Shown: piece by piece, positions 8,471 through 17,128 of the stretch
Layout of the letters: each line of letters starts with the position of its first letter
Numbering within the stretch: position 1 is the first letter of the stretch
Assembly: GCF_019464535.1 (NCBI RefSeq)
Contig: NZ_CP080507.1
Coordinates: 3,870,001-3,902,000 of the forward strand
Direction of reading: 5' to 3'
DNA length: 32,000 bases
Origin: Horticoccus luteus
Lineage (GTDB): Bacteria; Verrucomicrobiota; Verrucomicrobiia; Opitutales; Opitutaceae
The notes under the pieces: generated by a model
Told to the model about the DNA's origin: nothing
Database searches by the model: none
What the model saw: only the letters and a program-made list of their open reading frames with translations
Translations under genes and position numbers: made by a program

Positions 8471-9556
8471 CTACGTTCGCGGCCGCCGGTTGCGCCGCGG
8501 CGGTGGCGGCGCATCCTCCAAGGCGTCGCGGACATAAAGTTTGCGCACGAGCACCATCACGACGACCGCGAGCGGCATTCCGAAAAGCACGCCGAAGAAG
8601 CCGAACAACATCGCGAAGGTCAGCACCGCAAACAAGCCCACCGCCGGCGGCAACCGCACCGCCCAGCGTTGCGCGAGCGGCGTGATCGCGTGGCCTTCCA
8701 GCTCTTGCACGAGAAAATAGACGAGCCCCGCGTAGACCGCGGTTTGCGGGCTGTCCGTAAACGCCACCAGCACGCCCGGCCCAAACGCCAGCACCGGCCC
8801 CAGAATCGGGATGAAGTTGAACAGCCCCGCCATGATGCCCAGCACGAGCGGCAGCGGCGCACCGATCACCGCCAAACCCACGCCCGTCAACGTGCCGACA
8901 CAGATCATCGACACGAGCTGGCCGACCAGCCATTTGCGCAACGCCTCTCCGCTGCCCATCAGCGCGCCGTGGAGTTTCTTGCGGTAACCCACCGGAAACA
9001 AGCGCACCGCGCCGTCCCGATAGACGGCCGGACTCGCGGCCATGAACACCCCGCCGAAAAACATAATCACCGCGTGGCCGAGCGTCGTGGCGCCGAGCGC
9101 GAGAAACTTCTGCACGCCCGCCAGCGCATTACCCCCGCCGCCCTCGCCACCGTCCGTGACACTCGACACGCGCGACAAAATAAACTCGCCGCCCGGCAAC
9201 TGCGCCACCCACGCGCGCAGATCCGTGACGGCCTGCGGCAGACGTTGACCAAGCCCTTCGAGCTGCGCCGCGATTTGCCGGCCAAACAGCCAGCTCAACC
9301 CCAACGCCAGCGCGACCAGCAAGACAACGACGATCCCGACGGAGAGACCTTCCGGCACGTGCAGCCGCCGGTGCAGCGGACTCGCCAGCGCCCGAATGGC
9401 CACGGCAAAAACGAGCGCGCCAAACGCAATCAGGCACACGTCGCGCAGCATCCAGCTCAACGCGAAGAGCGCGACAATCGCACACGTCACGCCCACATAC
9501 GCGGCGAAACGCCCAAGGCTGGGTGGCCCACGGTGGGAGATCGCGGCTTCACTCAT
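8471..9556 (-). CDS. AI-2E (PerM / UPF0118) family transporter
   Basis: 361 aa polytopic membrane protein. The family-typical C-terminal half reads GLFNFIPILGPVLAFGPGVLVAF...YFLVQELEGHAITPL. Confidence 0.9.
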   Translation of the reverse strand: MSEAAISHRGPPSLGRFAAYVGVTCAIVALFALSWMLRDVCLIAFGALVFAVAIRALASPLHRRLHVPEGLSVGIVVVLLVALALGLSWLFGRQIAAQLEGLGQRLPQAVTDLRAWVAQLPGGEFILSRVSSVTDGGEGGGGNALAGVQKFLALGATTLGHAVIMFFGGVFMAASPAVYRDGAVRLFPVGYRKKLHGALMGSGEALRKWLVGQLVSMICVGTLTGVGLAVIGAPLPLVLGIMAGLFNFIPILGPVLAFGPGVLVAFTDSPQTAVYAGLVYFLVQELEGHAITPLAQRWAVRLPPAVGLFAVLTFAMLFGFFGVLFGMPLAVVVMVLVRKLYVRDALEDAPPPPRRNRRPRT

Positions 9557-9842
9557 CGATGGGGAAACGGATTATTTTCGCAGGACGCACGCGCGTAAAC
9601 AGTAGCGCAACCGCCGCCCCGGTTCCCCACGCCGGAGGGCGGCGTGATCGCGTTGCGCGCCTGCTGTCCCGCCGCGCGCTGCCGCCAGTCCGCATGCATT
9701 CGGCGCGCGCCAGCCGGTTCAGCCGGCAGGACTCCCGCACCGCACACCCATTTGACAACGCGCCCGGCTGCTAGAACCTCCCCGGAACCTAGCCGCGGCG
9801 CACGTGACGCAAAGGCGTATGCCTCGCATGGCCTTCACTACT

Positions 9843-11738
9843 ATGAACCTTCAACTCTCTGCCCGTGAGTGGCCGCGCGTTCTCGGCGTGCTGTTATTAT
9901 TGACCGTATCGCGCGCCTTCGCGGCCGACGCCCCGGCCGCCCCGACGAACGACCCCGATGCCATCGTTTCCTCCAGCCCGATGACCGTCGAAGCGGAAGA
10001 CGGCACCGGCGTGCACGGACAACTCGTAGTCGATCCGCAGGTGGTCGGCTCCGACTCGGGCAACAACCTCATCTACACGATCACCACCCAGCCGAAACAT
10101 GGCCAAGTCGGCCTGGCCGGCGCCGATGACGACGCGGACTTCTTCCAAACCAAGACTTCCCGCTACGGCTATTTCGCTTACCGCCCCAACGGCGTTTACG
10201 TCGGCGAAGACTCCTTTGGTTACACGGTGCGCAACGAAACCTCCGGTCTCGTTTACGAAAACAAGGTCGTGATCAGCGTCAGCGCACCTCCGCCCACGAT
10301 GCTCGACAAATTCGAAGTCGACGCCGCCCGCGTGCGCCTGATGAACGTCCGGAACGTCTCGCTCACGACCCATCCGAACACCCCCGTCACGCAGAAACTT
10401 CCGAGCCACGAGGACTTCATGTCCGAAACCGACCGCTCCGGCCTCGCCGCGCCGAAGGTGTTGTATCGGATCGATGAGAAGGCCAAGCCCAAGCACGGCA
10501 CCGCCAAACTCAACCCCACAACCGGCGAACTCACTTACGCACCGAATCCCGGCTTCATCGGCGACGATCACTTCAAATATTACACAGTCGACGAAAACAA
10601 TCCACAGCTCGGCGTGGAGAACGGCATCGCGGTCAGCGTGGAGCCGATCCGGCACTTCAAACACATGACCGTCGACCGCTCGCGCAGCCGCGAGGTCGAT
10701 CTGGTTTTCGTCATCAACAACTCGCCGTCCATGGCGGCGCACCAGGAACGCATCGCCGCCAATCTCGCGCGCTTCCGCCAGCTCTTCGACAAACACGACC
10801 TCGATTACCGCATCGGCGTGCTCACGACCGATTTCGTCGACGTCGATCCCGATCTGCCGGCCTCGCGCCAGCATCTTTATAAGGAGGTCCGCTCGATCGA
10901 ACTCGATGCCGCCGGTCAACCGGTGGTCGATCGGCGCGGTCGTCCGAAAAAAATCTACAAGCAGGTCGCCAGCAACGGCAACCTCGTGACGCTTCCCGCG
11001 CTTCCGCAACCCTGGGTCACCCCGAAGACGCCGAACCCCCTGTTCGCCGAACTCGTCAAAGTCGGCACCAACGGCGACAGCAACCGCACCGCGTTCACGG
11101 CCGTTTACAACTTCGTCGCCAATTACTATAACAAACAGCAAACCTTCCTTCGCCCCGACGCCACCACGGTCGTCGTGTTCTTCATGGACGAGGAGGAAAC
11201 GCGCATGGCGGTCTGGAAAGACCAGAAGAATGGCCCGCCCAAAGCCGAGTGGATCGAAGACGGCAAACTCCCCGCCCTCTTGAAAGAATACAACGAGCGC
11301 AATCCGCAGAAGCGCCAGACACTCGACGGTTACATCAATTACTGGGTCCTGCGCCCCTTCATCATCGCGAAGGGCAACAAGCGCGGAAAGCTTGAGATCG
11401 ATGCCGTGGTGGAGCCCAACAACATCTCACATCGGCGCGCCGCCGAGTTGACGGGCGGTACGGTGCTCAACATCGAGAGCGACTTCTCCGCACCCCTCGC
11501 GGCCCTCGGCGATCGCATTGCTGACACGGTGGCCGTGGCGCTCGATCCGGTCGACCCCGGCGCCACGCTTTATCAAAAAAGCATTCGCGTGCTCGTCGAC
11601 GGCAAGGAAGTGCCCCCCGACCCGAAGAACGGTTGGATCTACGATGAGCTGACCAACAGCATCCGGTTCCAAGGCACCGCGAAAAAAACCGCGTTCCTCG
11701 CGAAGATCGACGTCAGCTACGAAGAACACATGCGCTGA
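9843..11738 (+). CDS. secreted protein with two cadherin/Ig-like repeats, a vWA-like domain and a C-terminal beta-sandwich-like tail
   Basis: A signal-like N-terminus (MNLQLSAREWPRVLGVLLLLTVSRAFA) starts at ATG 9843. The track ORF starts at 9804. Two repeats fit the pattern PKHG...L....G...Y.P..G..G.D.F.Y.V (YTITTQPKHGQVGL...; KPKHGTAKLNPTTGELTYAPNPGFIGDDHFKYYTVD). The vWA-like strands are DLVFVINNSPSM and TTVVVFFMDEEE. Confidence 0.7.
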   Translation: MNLQLSAREWPRVLGVLLLLTVSRAFAADAPAAPTNDPDAIVSSSPMTVEAEDGTGVHGQLVVDPQVVGSDSGNNLIYTITTQPKHGQVGLAGADDDADFFQTKTSRYGYFAYRPNGVYVGEDSFGYTVRNETSGLVYENKVVISVSAPPPTMLDKFEVDAARVRLMNVRNVSLTTHPNTPVTQKLPSHEDFMSETDRSGLAAPKVLYRIDEKAKPKHGTAKLNPTTGELTYAPNPGFIGDDHFKYYTVDENNPQLGVENGIAVSVEPIRHFKHMTVDRSRSREVDLVFVINNSPSMAAHQERIAANLARFRQLFDKHDLDYRIGVLTTDFVDVDPDLPASRQHLYKEVRSIELDAAGQPVVDRRGRPKKIYKQVASNGNLVTLPALPQPWVTPKTPNPLFAELVKVGTNGDSNRTAFTAVYNFVANYYNKQQTFLRPDATTVVVFFMDEEETRMAVWKDQKNGPPKAEWIEDGKLPALLKEYNERNPQKRQTLDGYINYWVLRPFIIAKGNKRGKLEIDAVVEPNNISHRRAAELTGGTVLNIESDFSAPLAALGDRIADTVAVALDPVDPGATLYQKSIRVLVDGKEVPPDPKNGWIYDELTNSIRFQGTAKKTAFLAKIDVSYEEHMR

Positions 11739-11883
11739 ACGTCCCTCGGTTGGGCGACCTTTCGTCAGACGCTCGACCGAGCAATCGGTCGTCCGTCCAT
11801 CGCCCTTGCAGGACGGTCCGCAGACCGGTTCCGCGACGGCGACCGGCACAGTCCCGTTATTCGAGGACCGGTCTGCGTCTCGC

Positions 11884-12510
11884 TCATACCGACCGAATCG
11901 CGCTCATCACGCGACTCGTCATCGGATCGCAATAGACGGCCGTGTAGTCAAACAACTCAACGCCTGCGGCACTCTTCATCAGCTGAGATTTCAAACCTTC
12001 TCGCGCGCGATGAAGGATGACTTTCACATTCGTGGGCGAGAGAGACAGGCACTGAGCCGTCTCCTTTGTGGAGAGCTCTTGCACCTCCCTCATTAGATAT
12101 ACCGCGCGATGAACGCGCGGCAGGGTTTTGATCGCGTCCTCGAGGAGGCTCTTGAGCTCGTGATTGGCGAGCGCATCAGGCGCCACCATCGCGCGTAACT
12201 GCCGGCCAGGCCGCGCCTCAGAGTCGTCGATTGTCTCCATCATAGAACGTTTCTTTCGGCGTAAAATCATCAGGCACTCGTTGATCATGATGCGCGTGAG
12301 CCAAGTGCCAAACGCCGCCTGGGCATTGAAGTGCCGCAGGTGCAAAAAGGCTTTTAGATAGGCGTTCTGCATCGCGTCCTCCGCGGCGGCGTGATCGCGG
12401 AGATAGGCCATTCCGACGCGGTAGAGCTGGGCGTTATATCGGCGCACAATCACCTCAAACATTTCGCGACTCCCCGCAATGACACCACGGACTGCGGCAG
12501 CGTCGCTCAT
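11884..12510 (-). CDS. ECF-type sigma-70 family RNA polymerase sigma factor
   Basis: Region 2 reads FEVIVRRYNAQLYRVGMAYLRDHAAAEDAMQNAYLKAF...FGTWLTRIMINECL. Region 4 reads LPRVHRAVYLMREVQELSTKETAQCLSLSPTNVKVILHRAREGLK. I chose the start at ATG 12510. The track ORF extends to 12570. Confidence 0.85.
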   Translation of the reverse strand: MSDAAAVRGVIAGSREMFEVIVRRYNAQLYRVGMAYLRDHAAAEDAMQNAYLKAFLHLRHFNAQAAFGTWLTRIMINECLMILRRKKRSMMETIDDSEARPGRQLRAMVAPDALANHELKSLLEDAIKTLPRVHRAVYLMREVQELSTKETAQCLSLSPTNVKVILHRAREGLKSQLMKSAAGVELFDYTAVYCDPMTSRVMSAIRSV

Positions 12511-12759
12511 TTCGGGCGCCAAGCCGGTTATCGGCCGCAGAGGGAGTGCTTGTTGCGCAAGATGGCTCATCGCAACCTTGGATGTCCGACGGCAAGAAAG
12601 GTTACACGATCAAACCACTTCGATTCGCGCGCACGACGGCGTCTTTGCGGCGGGCATTTGTCGCCGCGTCGGGGTCGCGTTGGCATTCATGCCATGGCTG
12701 TAACCTTTCACCGCCGGTGAGCATCGAATGGATGAGACACAACTCGTCTCACTACTATT

Positions 12760-13275
12760 ATGAAACTCATTCCTCTCCTCTCCTTGGGCCTCGGGGCGCT
12801 CGCGCTCTCTGCTCATGCCGAATCCAAAGTCTCCGATGCGCAAATCGCCGCGATCGTGGTCACCGCTAATCAGGTGGATGTCGACGCAGGTCAACTAGCG
12901 CAGGACAAAGCCACCGATCCCGCCGTAAAGCAATTTGCCTCCACCATGGTCACCGACCATACCGCCGTAAACAAGAGCGCGGTGGCTCTCGTGACCAAGC
13001 TCAAAGTAACCCCGCAGGACAATGAGACCAGTCGCGCGCTCAAGGCCGGCGGCGAGAAGAACCTCACGGACCTCCGCAAACTCAATGGGCACGCTTTCGA
13101 TCAAGCTTATGTCGACCACGAAGTAGACTACCATGAACAGGTCATTGCCGCGATTGACGACGTGCTGATCCCCAGCGCCGAAAACGCCGAATTGAAGGCC
13201 CTGCTGATTAAAGTCCGCCCCGCATTCGTCGAGCACCTCGCTCATGCTCGTCATCTCCAAGCCGCCCTCAAATAA
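12760..13275 (+). CDS. DUF4142 domain protein (secreted, ferritin-like four-helix family)
   Basis: It has a signal peptide (MKLIPLLSLGLGALALSAHA). The DUF4142 pattern follows: SDAQIAAIVVTANQVDVDAGQLA...VKQFASTMVTDHT...FDQAYVDHEVDYHEQV...ELKALL...HLAHA. Confidence 0.85.
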   Translation: MKLIPLLSLGLGALALSAHAESKVSDAQIAAIVVTANQVDVDAGQLAQDKATDPAVKQFASTMVTDHTAVNKSAVALVTKLKVTPQDNETSRALKAGGEKNLTDLRKLNGHAFDQAYVDHEVDYHEQVIAAIDDVLIPSAENAELKALLIKVRPAFVEHLAHARHLQAALK

Positions 13276-13672
13276 CGGCGTGTTGTTGCGTTTCATCATC
13301 GCATGGGTCGCCGCGGTCGCGTGGCCGGCGGCGCTTTTTGGCGCTCCGGCTCGCAGCGCACCCGCCGCGTCCGAGCGGGCAACCCACATCGTGACGATCG
13401 AGAATATGACGTTCTCGCCGGCCATACTTCGGGTTCAGCCGGGTGACACGGTGATCTTCGAAAATCACGACTTGGTGCCGCACACGGCGACGGCTCGAGA
13501 AAAAGGGAAATTCGATTCCGGCCTCATTAAAGCCGGCGAATCATGGTCCCTCACTCTGCCGAGCGCCGGCTCGTTTCCTTACAGCTGCAGCTTTCATCCG
13601 ACGATGTCAGGCGAGCTCGTCGTCGAAAACGCGGTTCCGTCCAAGGCCTCTCCCGCACTTCGCGGAAAGTAA
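13244..13672 (+). CDS. cupredoxin (amicyanin/plastocyanin-like type-1 blue copper protein)
   Basis: The beta-sandwich core reads HIVTIENMTFSPAILRVQPGDTVIFENHDLVPHTA. The type-1 Cu ligand loop is YSCSFHPTMSG (His...Cys-x2-His-x2-Met, the same spacing as amicyanin). ATG 13244 overlaps the DUF4142 gene by 32 nt. An in-frame GTG at 13280, just after the upstream stop, is an equally plausible start. Confidence 0.8.
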   Translation: MLVISKPPSNNGVLLRFIIAWVAAVAWPAALFGAPARSAPAASERATHIVTIENMTFSPAILRVQPGDTVIFENHDLVPHTATAREKGKFDSGLIKAGESWSLTLPSAGSFPYSCSFHPTMSGELVVENAVPSKASPALRGK

Positions 13673-13678
13673 GCATGG

Positions 13679-14566
13679 TCAACCCCGCGCCGCCATCCGC
13701 AGCAGATCCCGCAACCGCTGCGGATCGGTCGCTGACGTCTTGGCGACAAAGCCCCGCGCGTGCGCAAAGTGCACATCCGGCTCCCGCGCGATCCGCGTGA
13801 AGTCCAGTCGCGGATGGTCGCGATGTCGCGAAAGTCCGTAACCCTCGCTGCGACGGTCAGGCGCGACGATGGCCACCACGCGTTCGTTCAAACCCTGCTC
13901 CTGCACGTAGCGGTCCAATCCCGCGGAAGGCTCTTCGGGCAATGGCGCGGTGCGCGGCAGGAAAAGCACCGCCGGAGCGTTGCCGTGGGTGTCCGCCACA
14001 TCGTCGAGTGTCCAAACTTCCGCGTGTTGGCCAATGAAACTCAGGCGCGCGCGCAAGGTGCGCAAATACGTCAGCAAATCGTCGCCCACCCAACGCATGA
14101 TCTCCCACAGCGGCTCGCCCGCCCGGAGCTCGGTCGCGGCGGCGAAGCGACGCAACACCGTGCCATCAATGGGCGAGTTGAGCTGGTTGACGACGTTTCG
14201 CTCCACGCCCAGCCACTTCGCCGTCGCGTTGGGCCCGCGGCAATCGAACCACTCCGCCGGCTCCAGCCAGTCACAAAACGCTTTCGCATCGTCGTAGAGG
14301 CCGAGATTTTTCAGCACCAGTGACAATGCGCACGTCGGCGCCGCATCGTCGGGGAGCTGGTGATGATCGAAATTGTTTAACGCCGGCTCGTGTCGATGCC
14401 CGACATCCACCACCGCGACGGCCGGATCGCTCAGATCGCCGGGTGTCGGTTCGCGCCGCAAAATGGGCGCAGGTGCGGTGGCCAGCAGCACGCAACAAGC
14501 GAGAAACTCATCTTTGTGCGCGCTGCCCGGGTGCGTGAGGATTGTAGTAAAAGGTGTCACTCGCAT
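13679..14566 (-). CDS. MYG1 / UPF0160 family (DHH-superfamily) metal-dependent hydrolase-like protein
   Basis: The start is ATG 14566 (MRVTPFTTILTHPGSAHKDEFLACCVL). The motifs THPGSAHKDE and VVDVGHRHEPALNNFDHHQ mirror the MYG1 motifs HSGSFHxDE and DVGG.YD.....DHHQ. Confidence 0.7.
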   Translation of the reverse strand: MRVTPFTTILTHPGSAHKDEFLACCVLLATAPAPILRREPTPGDLSDPAVAVVDVGHRHEPALNNFDHHQLPDDAAPTCALSLVLKNLGLYDDAKAFCDWLEPAEWFDCRGPNATAKWLGVERNVVNQLNSPIDGTVLRRFAAATELRAGEPLWEIMRWVGDDLLTYLRTLRARLSFIGQHAEVWTLDDVADTHGNAPAVLFLPRTAPLPEEPSAGLDRYVQEQGLNERVVAIVAPDRRSEGYGLSRHRDHPRLDFTRIAREPDVHFAHARGFVAKTSATDPQRLRDLLRMAARG

Positions 14567-14687
14567 GCACCCCAACACATCCGGCCGGTAAACGCCACGC
14601 CGGGATGCGCGGCGCACGGCGGCAGTTCCTGCCCGGCGGGCGAAAATTGGCGTGGCATGCGGACACGCTGCGCGCTAAAACGTTTCC

Positions 14688-15235
14688 ATGTTCGCTCAAT
14701 GCCGCTTGGCCGTGGCTGGGGTTTTCGCCATTTTGCTACTGGCGGCCGGTTGCACGAGCACACCACGAGGCGTGCCGGCCGCCGAAGGCATTGCCAATTT
14801 TGGCCGGATCACGCCAACCCTCTGGCGGGGAGCGCAGCCGAGTGAGCGCGGCTTGGAAAATCTCGCGAAACTTGGAGTCGTGCGCATCATCAACTTGCGG
14901 ATGCCCGATGACGTTATCCCGGCTGAAGCATCAACCGCGCGTCGCCTCGGTATGGACTACGAGAACGTCCCGTTGCCCGGCCTGAGTGCACCGGACGCCA
15001 TGGCCGTCGCACGCGTGCTCGCGTTGATCGACAGCGCAGGCGGCCGGTGTTTATCCACTGCCAGCATGGAGCAGATCGCACGGGCACGATCATCGCGTGC
15101 TATCGAATCCGCCACGACGGTTGGACGGCTGACGCCGCTCTCGCGGAAGCAAAACGTTATGGCATGTCGGAATGGGAATTCGGCATGAAAGATTTCGTGC
15201 GCCATTTCCCTGCGGCCGCAGCCAGCGGAGGCTGA
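14688..15235 (+). pseudogene. lipoprotein-type Cys-X5-Arg protein phosphatase (tyrosine/dual-specificity family) split by a 1-nt frameshift
   Basis: Frame A (14688 onward) gives a lipobox-like signal (LLLAAGC) and the phosphatase N-terminal half (TLWRGAQPSERGLENLAKLGVVRIINLR...YENVPLPG). After ...LIDSAGG it decays into nonsense. Frame B (from 15044/15047) continues PVFIHCQHGADRTGTIIACYRI, the HCxxGxxRTG P-loop, through to the stop at 15235. The switch lies in GGCGGCCGG at 15039-15047. Confidence 0.7.
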
Positions 15236-15259
15236 AGACCGATGCCGCGCCTCGCTCGT

Positions 15260-15706
15260 CTAGTCGGCTCGGCGCGCGCTCGGACTTGCTGCCAAAACCT
15301 CCGCCATTAATCGATCGAGGTTCTGTTCGTTGGCCGGCACGACAATGTGTTCCACCGCCCGTGCGGTCTCGGCACTCGCAAATTCCTGTGACCAATTCAC
15401 GACCGTGCCGACTGCCGTCGGCGCGAGAGTGATCGTCAGCCGAAACTGTGGCTCCGATACGTGCTGCACCACGATCCTGTGCGGCGCCGCGATTTCGGCG
15501 AAGACCGATTCGTTGGGATAACTCCGCCCGTCTGGCCCATGCATCGCGAAAGACCACCGCCCGCCCGGTTTGAATTCGCAGATCTTGAAAGTGTTGGTGA
15601 AGCCCGCCGGCCCCCACCACCGCGCCAGACGCGCGGGCTCGCTGAATGCAGCGAAAACGTTTTCAACGGGGGCCGGAAATTCGCGCGAGGTGGCAAAAGT
15701 GGTCAT
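15260..15706 (-). CDS. SRPBCC superfamily protein (AHSA1 / activator-of-Hsp90-ATPase-like domain)
   Basis: 148 aa. SREFPAPVENVFAAFSEPARLARWWGPAGF...PGGRWSFAMHGPDG is characteristic of the AHSA1/START-like family. Confidence 0.85.
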   Translation of the reverse strand: MTTFATSREFPAPVENVFAAFSEPARLARWWGPAGFTNTFKICEFKPGGRWSFAMHGPDGRSYPNESVFAEIAAPHRIVVQHVSEPQFRLTITLAPTAVGTVVNWSQEFASAETARAVEHIVVPANEQNLDRLMAEVLAASPSARRAD

Positions 15707-15865
15707 GGGGCTGGCGGCAAAAATCTGGGCGCCACGGAGCCGTCGGCAAAGCCTTTTTCGCGGCGTCGCGGCACGTCAGTCGCAAGCCGACGCGTTTGCC
15801 GTAGATTTGCGGCGGTGCCGAAAGCTTGCACCCCGCTGTCGCTTTCGGCCGGCGCTGTTCGTTTA

Positions 15866-17128
15866 ATGCAAATGAACCCGCTTGTTCGCATGAAAACACC
15901 ACGGCCTTCGACCCGATATCGCTGGGTGATTGTCGCCGCCGGCGGCCTGATCGGTTGTGTCGCCGTCGGTTGCATGTTCTCCCTGCCCGTATTGCTCCTG
16001 CCCATCGCGCGCTCCACGGCTTGGTCGGTGACCGGCGTATCGATGGCGATGACGATCGGGTTTCTCGCGATGGCGCTCGCCAGCATGGCATGGGGCGCCC
16101 TGTCAGATCGGTTCGGGCCCCGGGCGGTCGTCCTCGCGGGCTCGCTCGCGCTCGCCGCCAGCCTCGCCGCGGCCAGTCGCGCGACGACGCTCCTCCAGTT
16201 TCAACTCATCTTTGGTGTAGGAGTCGGCGGCGCAACCGCGGCGATTTTTGCGCCGATGATGGCGTGCGTGACCGGTTGGTTCGAGACGCACCGCAGCCTC
16301 GCCGTCTCGCTCGTCTCGGCCGGCATGGGCATGGCGCCAATGACCATGTCGCCGCTCGCGGCGTGGCTTGTCGCGCATCATGACTGGCGCACCGTCTTGC
16401 TCGTTCTGGCGGGCGTCGCGGCCACCGTGATGATTCCCGCCACTTTCTTGATTCGCCGCGCACCGGCGGCGCCGCCTCACTCCTCCGCAGTGGCATGGGG
16501 CGAGCAATCGCCAACGTTGTCCGTGGCACAGGTGCTCCGGTCCCCACCTTTTGTTATTCTTTTCCTGACGAATTTCTTTTGCTGCGCGACGCACTCCGGG
16601 CCGATTTTCCACACCGTGAGTTATGCCGTGGCTTGTGGCATCCCGCTGACGGCTGCGGTCACGATCTACAGCGTGGAAGGGCTCGCGGGCATGGGCGGCC
16701 GGGTGGCGTTTGGCCTTCTCGGCGATCGGTTCGGCGCGAAACGCACCCTTGTGTCGGGTCTCCTGCTGCAGGCGATGGGCGCATCGATGTACTTCTTCGT
16801 GCGGGAACTCAGCGGGTTTTACTCCGCCGCTACGCTGTTTGGATTCGTGTATGCGGGTGTCATGCCGCTCTACTCAGTGCTCGCGCGGGAGAATTTCCCG
16901 TTGCGCATGATGGGCACGGTGATCGGCGGCACCGCGATGGCCGGCAGCCTCGGCATGGCCTCCGGACCCGTGGTGGGCGGATTGATTTTCGACCACTTCG
17001 GCAGTTACGGCTGGTTGTATCTCGGATCCGGCGCGCTCGGACTCGGCGCCTTTCTGATCGCCCTGACATTTCAACCGCTTCCCCAGCCGAACTTCGGCCT
17101 TGCTTCGGCCAGTGAACCGACGCGCTGA
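15866..17128 (+). CDS. MFS transporter
   Basis: The start is at ATG 15866 (MQMNPLVRMKTPRPSTRYRWVIVAAGG). About 12 hydrophobic segments follow, with GALSDRFGPR and GLLGDRFGAKR loops after TM2 and TM8. The first 135 aa of the track ORF are antisense to the SRPBCC gene and were discarded. Confidence 0.85.
   Translation: MQMNPLVRMKTPRPSTRYRWVIVAAGGLIGCVAVGCMFSLPVLLLPIARSTAWSVTGVSMAMTIGFLAMALASMAWGALSDRFGPRAVVLAGSLALAASLAAASRATTLLQFQLIFGVGVGGATAAIFAPMMACVTGWFETHRSLAVSLVSAGMGMAPMTMSPLAAWLVAHHDWRTVLLVLAGVAATVMIPATFLIRRAPAAPPHSSAVAWGEQSPTLSVAQVLRSPPFVILFLTNFFCCATHSGPIFHTVSYAVACGIPLTAAVTIYSVEGLAGMGGRVAFGLLGDRFGAKRTLVSGLLLQAMGASMYFFVRELSGFYSAATLFGFVYAGVMPLYSVLARENFPLRMMGTVIGGTAMAGSLGMASGPVVGGLIFDHFGSYGWLYLGSGALGLGAFLIALTFQPLPQPNFGLASASEPTR

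Noticed and set aside
8324-9598. 424-aa plus-strand ORF rich in Arg/His/Gln
   Set aside because: It is fully antisense to the well-supported AI-2E transporter gene. The composition is low-complexity (RHRQ runs), as expected from reading a GC-rich gene backwards. It has no recognisable domain.
9752-9777. TTGACA followed by TAGAAC as a sigma-70 promoter for the vWA gene
   Set aside because: The spacer is only 14 nt (9758-9771). With 16-18 nt spacing, no good -10 hexamer appears. I cannot support it.
9897-11141. 414-aa minus-strand ORF
   Set aside because: It is antisense to the secreted Ig-like/vWA gene, whose plus-strand product has a signal peptide and recognisable repeats. The minus-strand product is Gly/Arg/Val/Asp low-complexity.
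12700-12727. GTAACC-N16-CATCGA as an ECF-type promoter upstream of the DUF4142 gene
   Set aside because: It only loosely resembles GAAC-N16-CGTC-type ECF promoters. I have no comparative data, and a chance occurrence is plausible in 190 bp.
15039-15047. Programmed -1 ribosomal frameshift in the phosphatase gene
   Set aside because: There is no slippery heptamer of the X XXY YYZ type at the junction (GGCGGCCGG). I saw no obvious downstream pseudoknot. A simple indel or sequencing error is the more economical explanation.
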